Assembly (NCBI GenBank): GCA_033762915.1
Contig: JANRLD010000071.1
Location: 1-64,000, forward strand
Length of the DNA: 64,000 nucleotides
Direction: 5' to 3'
From: Meiothermus sp.
GTDB lineage: Bacteria; Deinococcota; Deinococci; Deinococcales; Thermaceae
Shown here: positions 9,946-19,421 of the stretch, piece after piece
How positions within the stretch are numbered: the first letter of the stretch is position 1
Layout of the letters: the number at the start of each line of letters is the position of its first letter
Program-made: the position numbers and the translations under genes
Notes under the pieces: model-generated
What the model saw: the letters and a program-made list of their open reading frames with translations, nothing else
Database searches by the model: none
What the model was told of the DNA's origin: nothing

Positions 9946-10971
9946 ATGACCCGCCCAGACCTCAGCACCACCTACCTTGGTCTCAAGCTGGCCCACCCGC
10001 TGGTGGCCTCCGCGTCGCCGCTTTCCTACACCCTCGAGGGCATCCGGCGTCTGGAAGACGGCGGAGCCGCTGCGGTGGTGATGTACTCGCTGTTCGAGGA
10101 GCAGATTGAGCAGGAGAGCCACGCCCTTCACCACTATCTCGAGTACGGCGCTCACTCCTCGCCCGAGGCCCTCGACTACTTCCCCCAGCCGCACCAGTTC
10201 AATGTGGGGCCGCACGAGTACCTCGACCTCATTTCCAGAGCCAAGCAAGCCGTGAACATTCCCGTCATTGGGAGCTTGAACGGGGTCTCGGCGGGAGGCT
10301 GGACCGAGTACGCCAAACTGATCGAGCAAGCCGGGGCCGACGCGCTGGAACTCAACCTTTATTACCTCCCCACCGATCTCGAGGCCGATGGTGCGGCCGT
10401 GGAGCGGATGTACCTGGAGGTTGTGTGTGAGGTAACGGGCAGCGTTCAAATCCCGGTCGCAGTAAAGGTCGGGCCGTATTTCTCCAACTTTGCCAACATG
10501 GCTTCCAAGCTGGTGCGGTCTGGGGCCAAAGGCCTGGTGCTGTTCAATCGCTTTTACCAGCCAGACTTCGACATGGACAACCTCGAGGTCACCCCCAACC
10601 TCGTGCTCAGCCGACCCGAGGAACTGCGACTGCCCCTGACCTGGGTGGCGGTTCTGTACGGTCGGGTTCCAGCTGATCTCGCCATCACCAGCGGGGTCCA
10701 CTCCCACCTCGAGGTACTCAAGGGCCTGATGGCCGGGGCTAGCGTGACCATGCTGGCCTCGGAACTGCTCAAACACGGGCCTGGGCGGCTGGCTGACATC
10801 CGGCGGGACCTGGCGGATTGGATGGAAGACCATGAGTACGAGTCGGTCTGGCAAATGCAGGGCAGCATGAGCCAGCGGCATGTCGCCAACCCCGACGCCT
10901 TCGAGCGGGCCAATTACATGAAGGTGCTCCGCTCCTGGCGACCCGACCCGACTGGGATGTTGATTAAGTGA
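9946..10971 (+). CDS. Dihydroorotate dehydrogenase-like flavoprotein (PFOR-associated type)
   Basis: [46 protein letters not shown]. This subfamily typically follows nifJ. Confidence 0.88.
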   Translation: MTRPDLSTTYLGLKLAHPLVASASPLSYTLEGIRRLEDGGAAAVVMYSLFEEQIEQESHALHHYLEYGAHSSPEALDYFPQPHQFNVGPHEYLDLISRAKQAVNIPVIGSLNGVSAGGWTEYAKLIEQAGADALELNLYYLPTDLEADGAAVERMYLEVVCEVTGSVQIPVAVKVGPYFSNFANMASKLVRSGAKGLVLFNRFYQPDFDMDNLEVTPNLVLSRPEELRLPLTWVAVLYGRVPADLAITSGVHSHLEVLKGLMAGASVTMLASELLKHGPGRLADIRRDLADWMEDHEYESVWQMQGSMSQRHVANPDAFERANYMKVLRSWRPDPTGMLIK

Positions 10972-11066
10972 GGTAGTTCAAGGTCTTATCAAGGACAAGC
11001 ATCAGCACTATGGATTTGACGGTAACTCCAATGTAAATGGTACCCGAAGCAACCAGATAAAGACGT

Positions 11067-11092
11067 GCCCCTCGAGATCTGGCTCGAGGGGC
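11067..11092. terminator. Hairpin between convergent genes (probable terminator)
   Basis: GCCCCTCGAG-atctgg-CTCGAGGGGC perfect 10-bp stem followed by TTTA. Confidence 0.55.
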
Positions 11093-11108
11093 TTTACAAC
11101 CGATCCAG

Positions 11109-12512
11109 TTACCGTCCCAAGAAACGCTCAGTGAGTACGTGCACGCTGTTGGCAACGGTCAGAGGACCATGTACCACGCGGTATTCGCGGTACCAACCCG
11201 TCACGGTGATGCGGCCTTCACCATCGACTACCACGTCTGTTGCAATGTAGTCCGAGTGGTCGTTATTGGTTCGAGTCACGACTCCTTGGGTGCCAAAGCT
11301 CAAGTCGGCACTGCCATCGGGGTTGAGTCGAGCGACTACCAGTGTGTCCCAGATGACCTTAGGTACCATGCCAATCATCCCCTGACGCAACGACAAGCCG
11401 CTTACTAGTATCTTCCCATCATGTTGTGTCGTCACGTCTGTTGGAATGAAGGTTTGGCGGCCTGGGATCGCAACTCTGGCGAAGCCACCGGAGCCAAAAG
11501 TAGCGTCCAACCGACCGTCGGTCTCGAAGCGAGCTACGCCACCCGGGATTTCCTGTGAGTTGTTGGACCGGTTGTAACCGACAAATAGGATCTTGCCATC
11601 GGGCTGAAGTTGCAGTTTCCCAAGAGAAGTACGGATTCCTGCGTCCTCCGTGGTCACCTTGCCTTCTTGGCCAAAAGTTGGGTCTGTGCGGCCGTCGGGA
11701 AGGTATCGGGCAAGTGCGGCGCTGCTTGTCTTGAAGTCGCGGGATAAGTTGACCCCGCCTACGACGATCTTTCCGTCGGTCTGGATGGCCATCGTGACGC
11801 CCCTACTGTTGTCACGGAAAACGTCAATCACCACGCCTTCGTTTCCGAAACTGCGGTCGAGTGAGCCGTCGGGGTTTACCCGGACAACTGCGTAGCGAAT
11901 TTCGATTGGCTGTCCACGTTGATTTACCATGGTGCCGGCAAATACGATCTTTCCATCAGCCTGAATGCCAATGTCTATGAACTCGGCATTCCCGCAGGAA
12001 ACGTCAGTGATAACCTGACCGCCTTGGCCAAAGTCCGGATTTAGGCTACCGTCAGGCTGGTACTGAGCCAGTGCAAATGCCGGTCCGCGCACTGTCACAC
12101 ACCCCAAGGCGGTGATTTTGCCGTCCGGGTGTATCACGAGCGCACCAGCAGTGTCCACGGCGTCACCGAATGAGGTATGGACAAAGCCACCTTGACCGAA
12201 GGTGGGGTCGAGCTGCCCCGTTCGGGTGAAACGTGCAAGCGCGAATACACCATATGGCCATACCGGGGAGAGGCTATTGTTCGCTGAGCCGACCACTACA
12301 AGCTTGCCGTCGGGCTGTAGCGCCCCACCCCACGCCGACATGTATTTGTAGGTCGGGTTGGAGGTGATGACCCCGCTGCCGCCGTTCCAGTCGGGGTCGG
12401 GATTGCCGGCCTTGCCGACTTGGGCTAGTACCGTTGAGCCCGCACCCCAAACAAAGAAGCTGAGTCCTGCCGCGAGAAAGAGCTTTGAAAAAACTCGAGA
12501 CGGCCCTCTCAT
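11109..12512 (-). CDS. Secreted delta-60 repeat (beta-propeller) protein
   Basis: Signal peptide, then repeated 'QPDGKIVVxG...LARY.PDG.LD.TFG..G.V.T' units. SD GGAGGG before ATG 12512. Confidence 0.88.
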   Translation of the reverse strand: MRGPSRVFSKLFLAAGLSFFVWGAGSTVLAQVGKAGNPDPDWNGGSGVITSNPTYKYMSAWGGALQPDGKLVVVGSANNSLSPVWPYGVFALARFTRTGQLDPTFGQGGFVHTSFGDAVDTAGALVIHPDGKITALGCVTVRGPAFALAQYQPDGSLNPDFGQGGQVITDVSCGNAEFIDIGIQADGKIVFAGTMVNQRGQPIEIRYAVVRVNPDGSLDRSFGNEGVVIDVFRDNSRGVTMAIQTDGKIVVGGVNLSRDFKTSSAALARYLPDGRTDPTFGQEGKVTTEDAGIRTSLGKLQLQPDGKILFVGYNRSNNSQEIPGGVARFETDGRLDATFGSGGFARVAIPGRQTFIPTDVTTQHDGKILVSGLSLRQGMIGMVPKVIWDTLVVARLNPDGSADLSFGTQGVVTRTNNDHSDYIATDVVVDGEGRITVTGWYREYRVVHGPLTVANSVHVLTERFLGR

Positions 12513-12750
12513 AGAACCCTCCGTCCACAAGCTGGCCTCTCTGTGACTGCCTTCCACTCCGCAGTGGTCACGTCCGCATGACCCTCTCGCCAGCGGCAAC
12601 ATTTATGAGTGCCACCCGTGGATCGCAAACAATTTTACGTCAGGGCACGATGCTCGAGTGTGTAACCGGTTCGTAATGGGGAGGGAATACAAGATAGTTT
12701 GAGAGAGTGTTTCCCGAACCGCACACTCTTTAGACCGAAGGAAAGAAGTA

Positions 12751-12773
12751 GCCCCAGGCGCAATGCCTGGGGC
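12751..12773 (-). terminator. Intrinsic terminator of the tRNA operon
   Basis: GCCCCAGGC-gcaat-GCCTGGGGC stem just 3' of tRNA-Gly, followed by a U-rich tract on the minus strand. Confidence 0.75.
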
Positions 12774-12780
12774 AGGTTTT

Positions 12781-12856
12781 TGGAGCGGGAGACGAGGCTC
12801 GAACTCGCGACATCAAGCTTGGAAGGCTAGTGCTCTACCAACTGAGCTACTCCCGC
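12781..12856 (-). tRNA. tRNA-Gly (TCC)
   Basis: Reverse complement GCGGGAGTAGCTCAGTTGGTAGAGCA...CTTCCAA...GTTCGAGCCTCGTCTCCCGCTCCA; 76 nt with encoded CCA. Confidence 0.97.
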
Positions 12857-12865
12857 ACGGTTTCA

Positions 12866-12942
12866 TGGTCGGGGATGCTGGATTCGAACCAACGACCCTC
12901 TGCTCCCAAAGCAGATGCGCTACCAGACTGCGCTAATCCCCG
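12866..12942 (-). tRNA. tRNA-Pro (TGG)
   Basis: Reverse complement CGGGGATTAGCGCAGTCTGGTAGCGCATCTGCTTTGGGAGCAGA...GGTTCGAATCC...CCCCGACCA; 77 nt. Confidence 0.97.
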
Positions 12943-13568
12943 CCGAAACTGCTTTATCTCTTACCAGACCGCACTTTTGTCTCTAGAGGACAGCTTTTTT
13001 GGTTGCCCTAAGGGCCACCTGCGGCCCTCATTCGGCTGTCCGACTGTGTATTGTAGCATCCGACCATTGCTCCGTCTAGGCGGTTTGTGGGCCGCCAGCT
13101 AAGGGGAACCCCGACGGTGCCGAAACGTGGGCTGGGCAGGTGCACCAATGCGATCCAACAACACCCAATATGGGTTGCCCGCTCGAGGCATATCACCTTT
13201 GAGGCCCGGCTTTGGCCCTGCCACCAGGATAAGCATGCCCATTCCAAAGAGGATTTAAATTGTCGGTAACAGTGAAAACCTGAATATGCCTGTAGGAATG
13301 AAAGAAGAAGCTTTGATGCTTCTTGGGACGGCGCTGTAGACAAACCTCGAGCTTCTCCTCTAGTTCACTCGACTACAAGAATCACCCCGAGTTTTCCGTG
13401 CAACCCCTCGTGAGTGGTGAAGTACTACCGCTTTCGCGGCACAAACGCAGTCAGAGATTCCGTCGTTAGAGAGTTTGAAAAGAATCTCGAGAAATTGTCG
13501 TACAACCTGCCTCTCAGACTGCTGGGAGTGGTTGCTGGGTGCCTTGGTTTGGCCTGCAGACACCTCCC

Positions 13569-14318
13569 TCAGGCCGAAACGCGGGTGCCTGCTGTGCCCG
13601 CCAATACGGACTGTAAGACACCTCTCGAGCCCTTCGCGATGGCTGCCCAGGGAGCGCCATGAGCCACCGCGTTGAGCGCCGACTCGACCTTGGGGATCAT
13701 GCCGCCGGAAATGGTTCCCTCTGCAATCAGGCTCTCGATTTGGGCCCGGGTCAACTGGGCGAATCGGGTTGAGGGGTTTTTGGGGTCGCGCAGGACCCCG
13801 GTAACGTCGGTCAGAAAGACCGCAGGAAGGCCCAGTGCCCCCGCGACACTGCCCGCTGCCATATCGGCATTGATATTGAGCGGGCCTTGTGAATCCAGAC
13901 CGATTGGGGCAATTAAGGGGGTCAGGCCCGCATCAAGCAGTGCTCTCAACATCCCCGCGTTTACCCCCCGGACCTCGCCCACCCGCCCTAGCTCGGCCTC
14001 GAGCAAGGTGGCCTCGAGCAGTCCAGCATCGCGCCCGGTGAGCGCCAACGCCGCCCGCCCGCGCCCGCTCAGCCCGTGGGCCAGGCTTTTCCCGAGGGTG
14101 GTGAGCACCATCTCCACCACCTCCATCTGCTCGGGCGGGGTCACCCTCAGCCCATTGTGAAAGCGCGTCTCGAACCCCATCCGCCCCAGCCACTCGCCGA
14201 TGTTTGGGCCGCCACCGTGCACCAGTACCAGCTGTCCTGGATAGCCCGCGACCTCATCCAGCAACTCGCCTGCGCCTTTGAGACTGCCACCAATCTTTAT
14301 CAGGAGGGGTTCGGACAT
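13569..14318 (-). CDS. argB: Acetylglutamate kinase
   Basis: IKIGGS, VHGGG, GLRVT, NINAD, LTDV.G, GGMIPKV motifs. Start ATG 14318 with a TAGACT box upstream. Confidence 0.9.
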   Translation of the reverse strand: MSEPLLIKIGGSLKGAGELLDEVAGYPGQLVLVHGGGPNIGEWLGRMGFETRFHNGLRVTPPEQMEVVEMVLTTLGKSLAHGLSGRGRAALALTGRDAGLLEATLLEAELGRVGEVRGVNAGMLRALLDAGLTPLIAPIGLDSQGPLNINADMAAGSVAGALGLPAVFLTDVTGVLRDPKNPSTRFAQLTRAQIESLIAEGTISGGMIPKVESALNAVAHGAPWAAIAKGSRGVLQSVLAGTAGTRVSA

Positions 14319-14490
14319 GGGGGAGAGTCTAGCAGGGGAGACCGGGGGATGGGGAGGTGGGGGGAACAAGGTCGACCTGTATGCCTGGTTTAGATGTAAA
14401 GAGGTTGCACCCCGGAACTCTGATAGGGGTCTACGGGCGCATCGCCCTGGGTTGCTTCCCGTCACCCGTGGCACGCTATAAGCTATTCTC

Positions 14491-15531
14491 ATGAGTACCC
14501 ATTCCGCTGTCTCGACGGAGTCGGAGCCGCAGAAGGTCTCGAGCTGGGAGGGTGGGCCGGTTGCGGTGTTGGGGGCGGGAGCTTGGGGAACAGCTCTGGC
14601 GCTGCTGGCCTCGAGCAAGGGGATACCCACCTACCTTTGGGCCAGGAGGCCCGAACAAGCCGAGCAGATGGCTCGGGAGCGGAGGAACCTCGAGTACCTT
14701 CCCCAGGCCCCCTTCCCCGACGCCCTAACGCCCACGGCCGACGCCGAACTCGCGATGAGCCAGGCCGAGTTGGTGGTGGTGGCGGTGCCGTCCAAGGCCC
14801 TCCAGGAGACCCTGCAAGCTCTGCCCAGGGCCAACGCCTACCTTTCGGTAACTAAGGGGCTGCGCTTCTCCGATCATCACCTCTCGAGGATGAGCGAGGT
14901 TGTACAGAACGTGACTGGGGTGGGGCGGGTGGCGGTGCTCTCGGGACCGAACCTGGCCGATGAGATCGCCCGCTTTCTGCCCGCCACCGCCGTGACCGCC
15001 TCGCTTGACGCGGTGCTGTCGAGACGGGTGCAGCAAATCTTCTCCGGTCAAAGCTTCAGGGTGTACACCTCGAGTGATACCGTAGGGGTAGAGCTCGGCG
15101 GGGCGCTAAAAAACGTCATCGCGTTGGCTGCCGGAATGGTGGACGGCTTGGGGTTGGGAGACAACGCCAAGGCCTCACTCATCACCCGGGGGCTGCGGGA
15201 GATCGTCAAGTTCGGACTGGCTCAGGGTGCACAAGCCGAGACCTTTTACGGGCTCTCCGGTCTAGGCGACCTGATCGCCACTTGTGCCTCTCCCCATTCC
15301 CGAAACCGTGGCGCAGGCGAGCGCATCGTGAAGGGAGAGACGCTGGGTCAACTCGAGGCGCAGAAGTCTGTGGTCGAGGGCATTTATACGGTTCGAGCGC
15401 TCCACGCTTGGGACAAACAGACCGGGGCCGACCTCCCTATCACCGAGGCCGTATACCGCGTCGTGTACGAGGGCGCCGACCCCCGCTCCGAGCTAAGCCG
15501 GCTGATGGGGCGCGAGAGCAAGGCCGAATAG
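14491..15531 (+). CDS. gpsA: NAD(P)H-dependent glycerol-3-phosphate dehydrogenase
   Basis: GAGAWGTALA, SGPNLA.E, GVELGGALKNV, GLGDLIATC.S..SRN motifs. Confidence 0.95.
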   Translation: MSTHSAVSTESEPQKVSSWEGGPVAVLGAGAWGTALALLASSKGIPTYLWARRPEQAEQMARERRNLEYLPQAPFPDALTPTADAELAMSQAELVVVAVPSKALQETLQALPRANAYLSVTKGLRFSDHHLSRMSEVVQNVTGVGRVAVLSGPNLADEIARFLPATAVTASLDAVLSRRVQQIFSGQSFRVYTSSDTVGVELGGALKNVIALAAGMVDGLGLGDNAKASLITRGLREIVKFGLAQGAQAETFYGLSGLGDLIATCASPHSRNRGAGERIVKGETLGQLEAQKSVVEGIYTVRALHAWDKQTGADLPITEAVYRVVYEGADPRSELSRLMGRESKAE

Positions 15532-15533
15532 GG

Positions 15534-15603
15534 ACTCACAGCGTTTCCCACGAATACCCCGCACATCTGAATCTCTGCGTGTGTGGTAATCGTGGGAACC
15601 GCT
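15534..15603. repeat. Palindromic intergenic repeat, short variant (family copy D)
   Basis: ACTCACaGCGTTTCCCAC...GTGGGAACCGCT ends match the copies at 26350, 50930 and 63256. The interior differs but still folds. Confidence 0.65.
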
Positions 15604-15683
15604 TTCAGGGGCAGGTGAAGGGAAGGGAGATTGGATAGGCCAGATCGGGTTCTCCCGCGACTCTCTCCAACCCTCCAGATACC

Positions 15684-16451
15684 TTAAGCGAACCGCGCCG
15701 CGGCTTCAATGGCCACGTCGATGGCCCGCTGGACCGCGAGGCCCTTGGACTCCATCACCGGTTGCTCGGCTCGAGTCCGCTGGGCGATGACGCCGCAAAC
15801 GCACGCCGCGGCGAATCCGTAGACATTGCCCATCTTGAACAGGGTGCCCGACTCCATCTCGTAGTTGATGACCCGCAGGTTGCGGTACTCCTCGGTGATG
15901 CCCTGCAAAGATCGCATGAGGTGGGGGTTGGCCGAGCCGGTGCGCTCCTGGCCCTCGTAAAAAGTGTCCACCGAGGCGGTGACCCCCAGGGCATAATCGA
16001 TGCCTAGCTTTTGCGCGGCCTCGACCAAGGCCACCGTTACAAAGGGGTCGGCGCTGGCCGGGTACTCCGGCGGGGCGATGTCGTCGGCGGCCCCCTGCCG
16101 GCACAGCGAGGCCTTGGAGATGGCGACACTTCCAGGTAGCACGTCGTCCTGGATTGAACCGCAAGTTCCCACGCGGATGATGGTCCGGATACCCACCTGT
16201 ACCAGCTCGTTGACCACGATGCTCAGGGACGGTGCGCCCATACCGCTGGTGCTCGAGAGCACCGGCTGTCCGCCCGGCAGCATCCCGATGTAACTATTGA
16301 GGCCCCGGTTCTCCGAAAGGGCTCTCGAGCCGGTCAGCTTGGTCTGGGCGATCAAGGTGGCGCGGTTGGGGTCGCCGCTGAGAATGGCCACGGTAGGGCG
16401 GTGGTCGCCCAGGTCTTCGGGGCCAAAACCGATGTGATAAAGCTCTGCCAT
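15684..16451 (-). CDS. udp: Uridine phosphorylase-family nucleoside phosphorylase
   Basis: YHIG, GDPNR, GMGAPS..I...EL, IRVGTCG, FYEGQER, NYEMES motifs. Confidence 0.85.
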   Translation of the reverse strand: MAELYHIGFGPEDLGDHRPTVAILSGDPNRATLIAQTKLTGSRALSENRGLNSYIGMLPGGQPVLSSTSGMGAPSLSIVVNELVQVGIRTIIRVGTCGSIQDDVLPGSVAISKASLCRQGAADDIAPPEYPASADPFVTVALVEAAQKLGIDYALGVTASVDTFYEGQERTGSANPHLMRSLQGITEEYRNLRVINYEMESGTLFKMGNVYGFAAACVCGVIAQRTRAEQPVMESKGLAVQRAIDVAIEAAARFA

Positions 16452-16591
16452 GCGCTTATTATGCGGGATTGCCACCGGTAAACACAGCCCGCTGTCTCGA
16501 GGTCGTGCCCGGACTCAACACCCTGGCCCGGTCTAGAAACGTGCGCCCTTCCGAAAAAGGTTTAGATTCGCCGATGAGTTCAGAGCGGGGC

Positions 16592-17806
16592 CTACTCGAG
16601 TTCACTCCCGGCGGGGTACACCCACCGGATGCCCCAGAAGATCACAACGGCCATAACGTAGGCGGCGGCAATGACGATTGCCAAGGGCAGGGCGGAGTTG
16701 AGGGGAAACAGCCCAAGCACCGCCCCCGCCAGGGCCCCAACCCCCGTGCCCAGCGCCCCCAGCAGCGAGGAGGCCAGCCCGGCCCGTTCGGGGTAGGGGG
16801 CCAGCACCGCCGCAAGCGCGTTGGGGCGCACCAGGCCGCTACCGGCCACGCACACAAAAAGCAGCCCCCAAACCACCCACATCCCGCCCAGCCCGGTCGA
16901 GGCCGCCCCCACTAACAACACCGACGCCACCGCCATTACCGCCATGCTGCGGGTAAGGATTTGGGTGCCGGTATAGCGGCCCAGCAGCCAGGTGTTGAGT
17001 TGCGCGGCGGCAATTAGGCCGAAGGCGTTGAGACCGAAAACAAAGCCAAAGTTCTGTGCCGAAACGCCGTAGACGCCTATGAAAACCAACGAGGCACCCG
17101 AGAGATAGGCAAAGAAGCCCGCGCCCATCAGGCTTTGGGGCAGGGCAAAGCGTTGGAAGCGGAGGTCGGCTAAGAGCCGCAGGTAGTCCGGCAGAACCGC
17201 GCTTAGGGGGGTTTTGGTGCGCCTCGAAGGTGGAAGGCTCTCAGGCAGCGCGAAGGCCACCAGCCCAATGCAGACCAGCCCGTACACCACCAGAATCCCA
17301 AAGACCATCCGCCAATCGCCGTAGAGCAGTATCTGCCCACCCAGCAGAGGCGCAAGTACCGGGGCCACCCCCATCACCAGCATCAGGTAAGAGAGCACCC
17401 GCGCAGAGTCGCGCACGTCAAAGAGGTCGCGCACCACCGAGAGCGTGGTCACCATACCCACCGAGGCCCCCAGAGCCTGTAAAAGCCGCAAGGCGATCAG
17501 GCTCTCCATGTTTGGGGCCAGAGCGCAGCCCAGCGAAGCCAGGGTGTAAAGCCCGCAGCCGAACAGTAGCGGTCGGCGGCGTCCCACCCGGTCGCTGAGC
17601 GGGCCGTAAAACAGTTGACCCAACGCCAGGCCGAAAAAATAAATCGCCATGCTCTGTTGCACGTGCGGGCTGACGAACTCCTGGGCGATGGTAGGCAGGG
17701 CCGGCAAGTAGAGGTCGGTAGTGAGCGGGCCGAAGGCCGAGAGGGTGCCAAGGATTAGAATCAGGCGGACGGTGGGGACTCCGGCTCGGTTGGGGGTATT
17801 GGTCAT
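16592..17806 (-). CDS. Bcr/CflA family multidrug MFS transporter
   Basis: DLYLPALP, GQLFYGPLSDRVGRR and APLLGG motifs; many hydrophobic helices. Confidence 0.9.
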   Translation of the reverse strand: MTNTPNRAGVPTVRLILILGTLSAFGPLTTDLYLPALPTIAQEFVSPHVQQSMAIYFFGLALGQLFYGPLSDRVGRRRPLLFGCGLYTLASLGCALAPNMESLIALRLLQALGASVGMVTTLSVVRDLFDVRDSARVLSYLMLVMGVAPVLAPLLGGQILLYGDWRMVFGILVVYGLVCIGLVAFALPESLPPSRRTKTPLSAVLPDYLRLLADLRFQRFALPQSLMGAGFFAYLSGASLVFIGVYGVSAQNFGFVFGLNAFGLIAAAQLNTWLLGRYTGTQILTRSMAVMAVASVLLVGAASTGLGGMWVVWGLLFVCVAGSGLVRPNALAAVLAPYPERAGLASSLLGALGTGVGALAGAVLGLFPLNSALPLAIVIAAAYVMAVVIFWGIRWVYPAGSELE

Positions 17807-17952
17807 CAGGGGCACGGCTCCGGTCTGTGACCAGTCTACGCTGCCGCCCAGGGAAAGCCGCCCCGGTCTCGAGTGCGAAAACTTGACCTTGACTTGACGT
17901 GGGGACACTTACCAAGTACTGCGCTGTAGAGGTGCTCTTGAGGCAGGGCACC

Positions 17953-17993
17953 AAAAAACTCGAGACGCGCACGACGGTGCATGCTGCGTCTCG
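17953..17993 (-). terminator. Intrinsic terminator downstream of the esterase genes
   Basis: CTCGAGACGC...GCGTCTCGAG stem with an A6 run on the plus strand (U6 on minus). Confidence 0.6.
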
Positions 17994-18178
17994 AGCCGAA
18001 GTTGTCGCTTAGCCTAGGGCTGGAACCTCTACTGAGCGCCGGTAATCAGGTGGCCAACGAGGCGTTTACCAGGATGGGTTAAACCGCCCGACCGATCGGA
18101 CACTTGCCTTCCGACCTGCCCCTCAAGTCGAGCTTCCGAATAGGCGTCTGTGGCCACGGTGGCCCTGTGTTGAGCAGC

Positions 18179-19246
18179 CTAGCGCGGCGGAGAAACGTCC
18201 GGGGCGCTTCCGGTCTGGATCAGCCGGGCAACCCACTCGGCAAAGCTCACGTCGCCGACGCGAAGGGTGTAAAACTCCGGCCTCGGGATGACGCAGTGCT
18301 GCGAGCCGGGGGCCAGGTAGCTCGAGAAACGACCGGCAAAGGCCTGCTCGATCCTTCCCAGGTTGCCCAGCGCTCCCTGCACCCACTCGGTCGCAGTGGC
18401 CTGACCGATCTGATCGGGGGTTTGGCCCTTCATCAGGCCGTAGAAGCCAATCTGTACCGAGTCCAGGGCGGTGGAGTACTGGGCCATAAAGTTGTTGGGG
18501 AAGGCCCGCAGCGTGGAGACGTACAGCGTGGCAAGATCGAACCCGGCCACGTTGGAGCGGACGGCCTCGAGTTCGGGGATGAAGCTGGGCAGCCAGCTCG
18601 TGATGTTCCAGTTGGCGTAGCCCACGTTTCTGAACGCCTCGTTGGTCACGCCCAGTCCGGCGTCGCCGAGTTGCACTACCCGTACGTTGGGGTACTGACG
18701 CATGATGTACGGCGACCAAGCGGCAGCCCCGTAAGCGCCCGCGCTACACCCGGTCACGAACACGTTTTGCGGCGCGGTGAGGTTCCTGAACACCCAGTCC
18801 AGCGCGGCCCTGGCGTTCACCGCGCCCTTGTGCTGAACGGTGGCGGTGGCGTACTGCTTGGCGTTGTTGCCCACGTGGATGTCGGCGGTGCAATAGGGAA
18901 TGAAGACGTGGGTCCAGTCGCGTAGCGGGTTGAACTGACTGGCGCGGTTGTAGATGCCCTGAGCGCCCCGCAGGTCTCCAACCTGGAGGGTACGGGTAAA
19001 GGTGGTGGATTGCGGGCTACAGGTCCCGTCGTTCCAACAGGCCCCTCCGCCCTGGAAGTCGATCACGATGCGCTGGGGGTTGCCCAATGCGACGTAGAAC
19101 TTCCACGGTGAGCCGTCGGAGCACATGGTGCCCTCCGGCCCGGCGATCTCCTGCCAGCCACTGGAGGCCGCAATACCCTGGGGCTGCGACTGCGCCCAGC
19201 CCAAACCTAGAACCAAGACCACTAACACGCCAAGCCAACGCTGCAT
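18179..19246 (-). CDS. Secreted pectinacetylesterase/Notum-family hydrolase
   Basis: Signal peptide, C.DGS, FQGGGACW, PYCTADIH, nucleophile elbow GCSAG, C-terminal HC. SD AGGAGG. Confidence 0.88.
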   Translation of the reverse strand: MQRWLGVLVVLVLGLGWAQSQPQGIAASSGWQEIAGPEGTMCSDGSPWKFYVALGNPQRIVIDFQGGGACWNDGTCSPQSTTFTRTLQVGDLRGAQGIYNRASQFNPLRDWTHVFIPYCTADIHVGNNAKQYATATVQHKGAVNARAALDWVFRNLTAPQNVFVTGCSAGAYGAAAWSPYIMRQYPNVRVVQLGDAGLGVTNEAFRNVGYANWNITSWLPSFIPELEAVRSNVAGFDLATLYVSTLRAFPNNFMAQYSTALDSVQIGFYGLMKGQTPDQIGQATATEWVQGALGNLGRIEQAFAGRFSSYLAPGSQHCVIPRPEFYTLRVGDVSFAEWVARLIQTGSAPDVSPPR

Positions 19247-19421
19247 AGACTTCCTCCTGATTCTTGAAGCGCCTTAGTGTATAGCTGTTGCCAATCAACT
19301 ATGGGCGATGAGACCTAATTTGGCCACTTAAAGCTCGAGATGTTCCTACGTCTTGAGCTAACCCGACCCCTAAACCGCTGTTGCATGCCTAAGCCCGCGT
19401 CCACTTGCGGAGACCCGGCGG

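Noticed and set aside
6717..10881. Long antisense ORFs (345, 410 and 326 aa) opposite nifJ and the DHOD-like gene, and similar ones elsewhere
   Set aside because: These are shadow frames caused by high GC at third codon positions; they mirror well-supported genes and have no motifs.
12781..12942. Prophage or ICE integrated at the tRNA genes
   Set aside because: No integrase, phage genes or duplicated tRNA 3' end found in the window.
13569..14318. lysZ ([LysW]-aminoadipate kinase) as an alternative call
   Set aside because: HGGG and GLRVT motifs fit ArgB, and no lysW/lysX/lysY cluster is adjacent.
17882..17915. MerR-type promoter/operator (TTGACCTTGACTTGACGT)
   Set aside because: The dyad is incomplete, there is no -10 at 19-bp spacing, and it points away from the MFS gene with no ORF downstream. 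At most a remnant.
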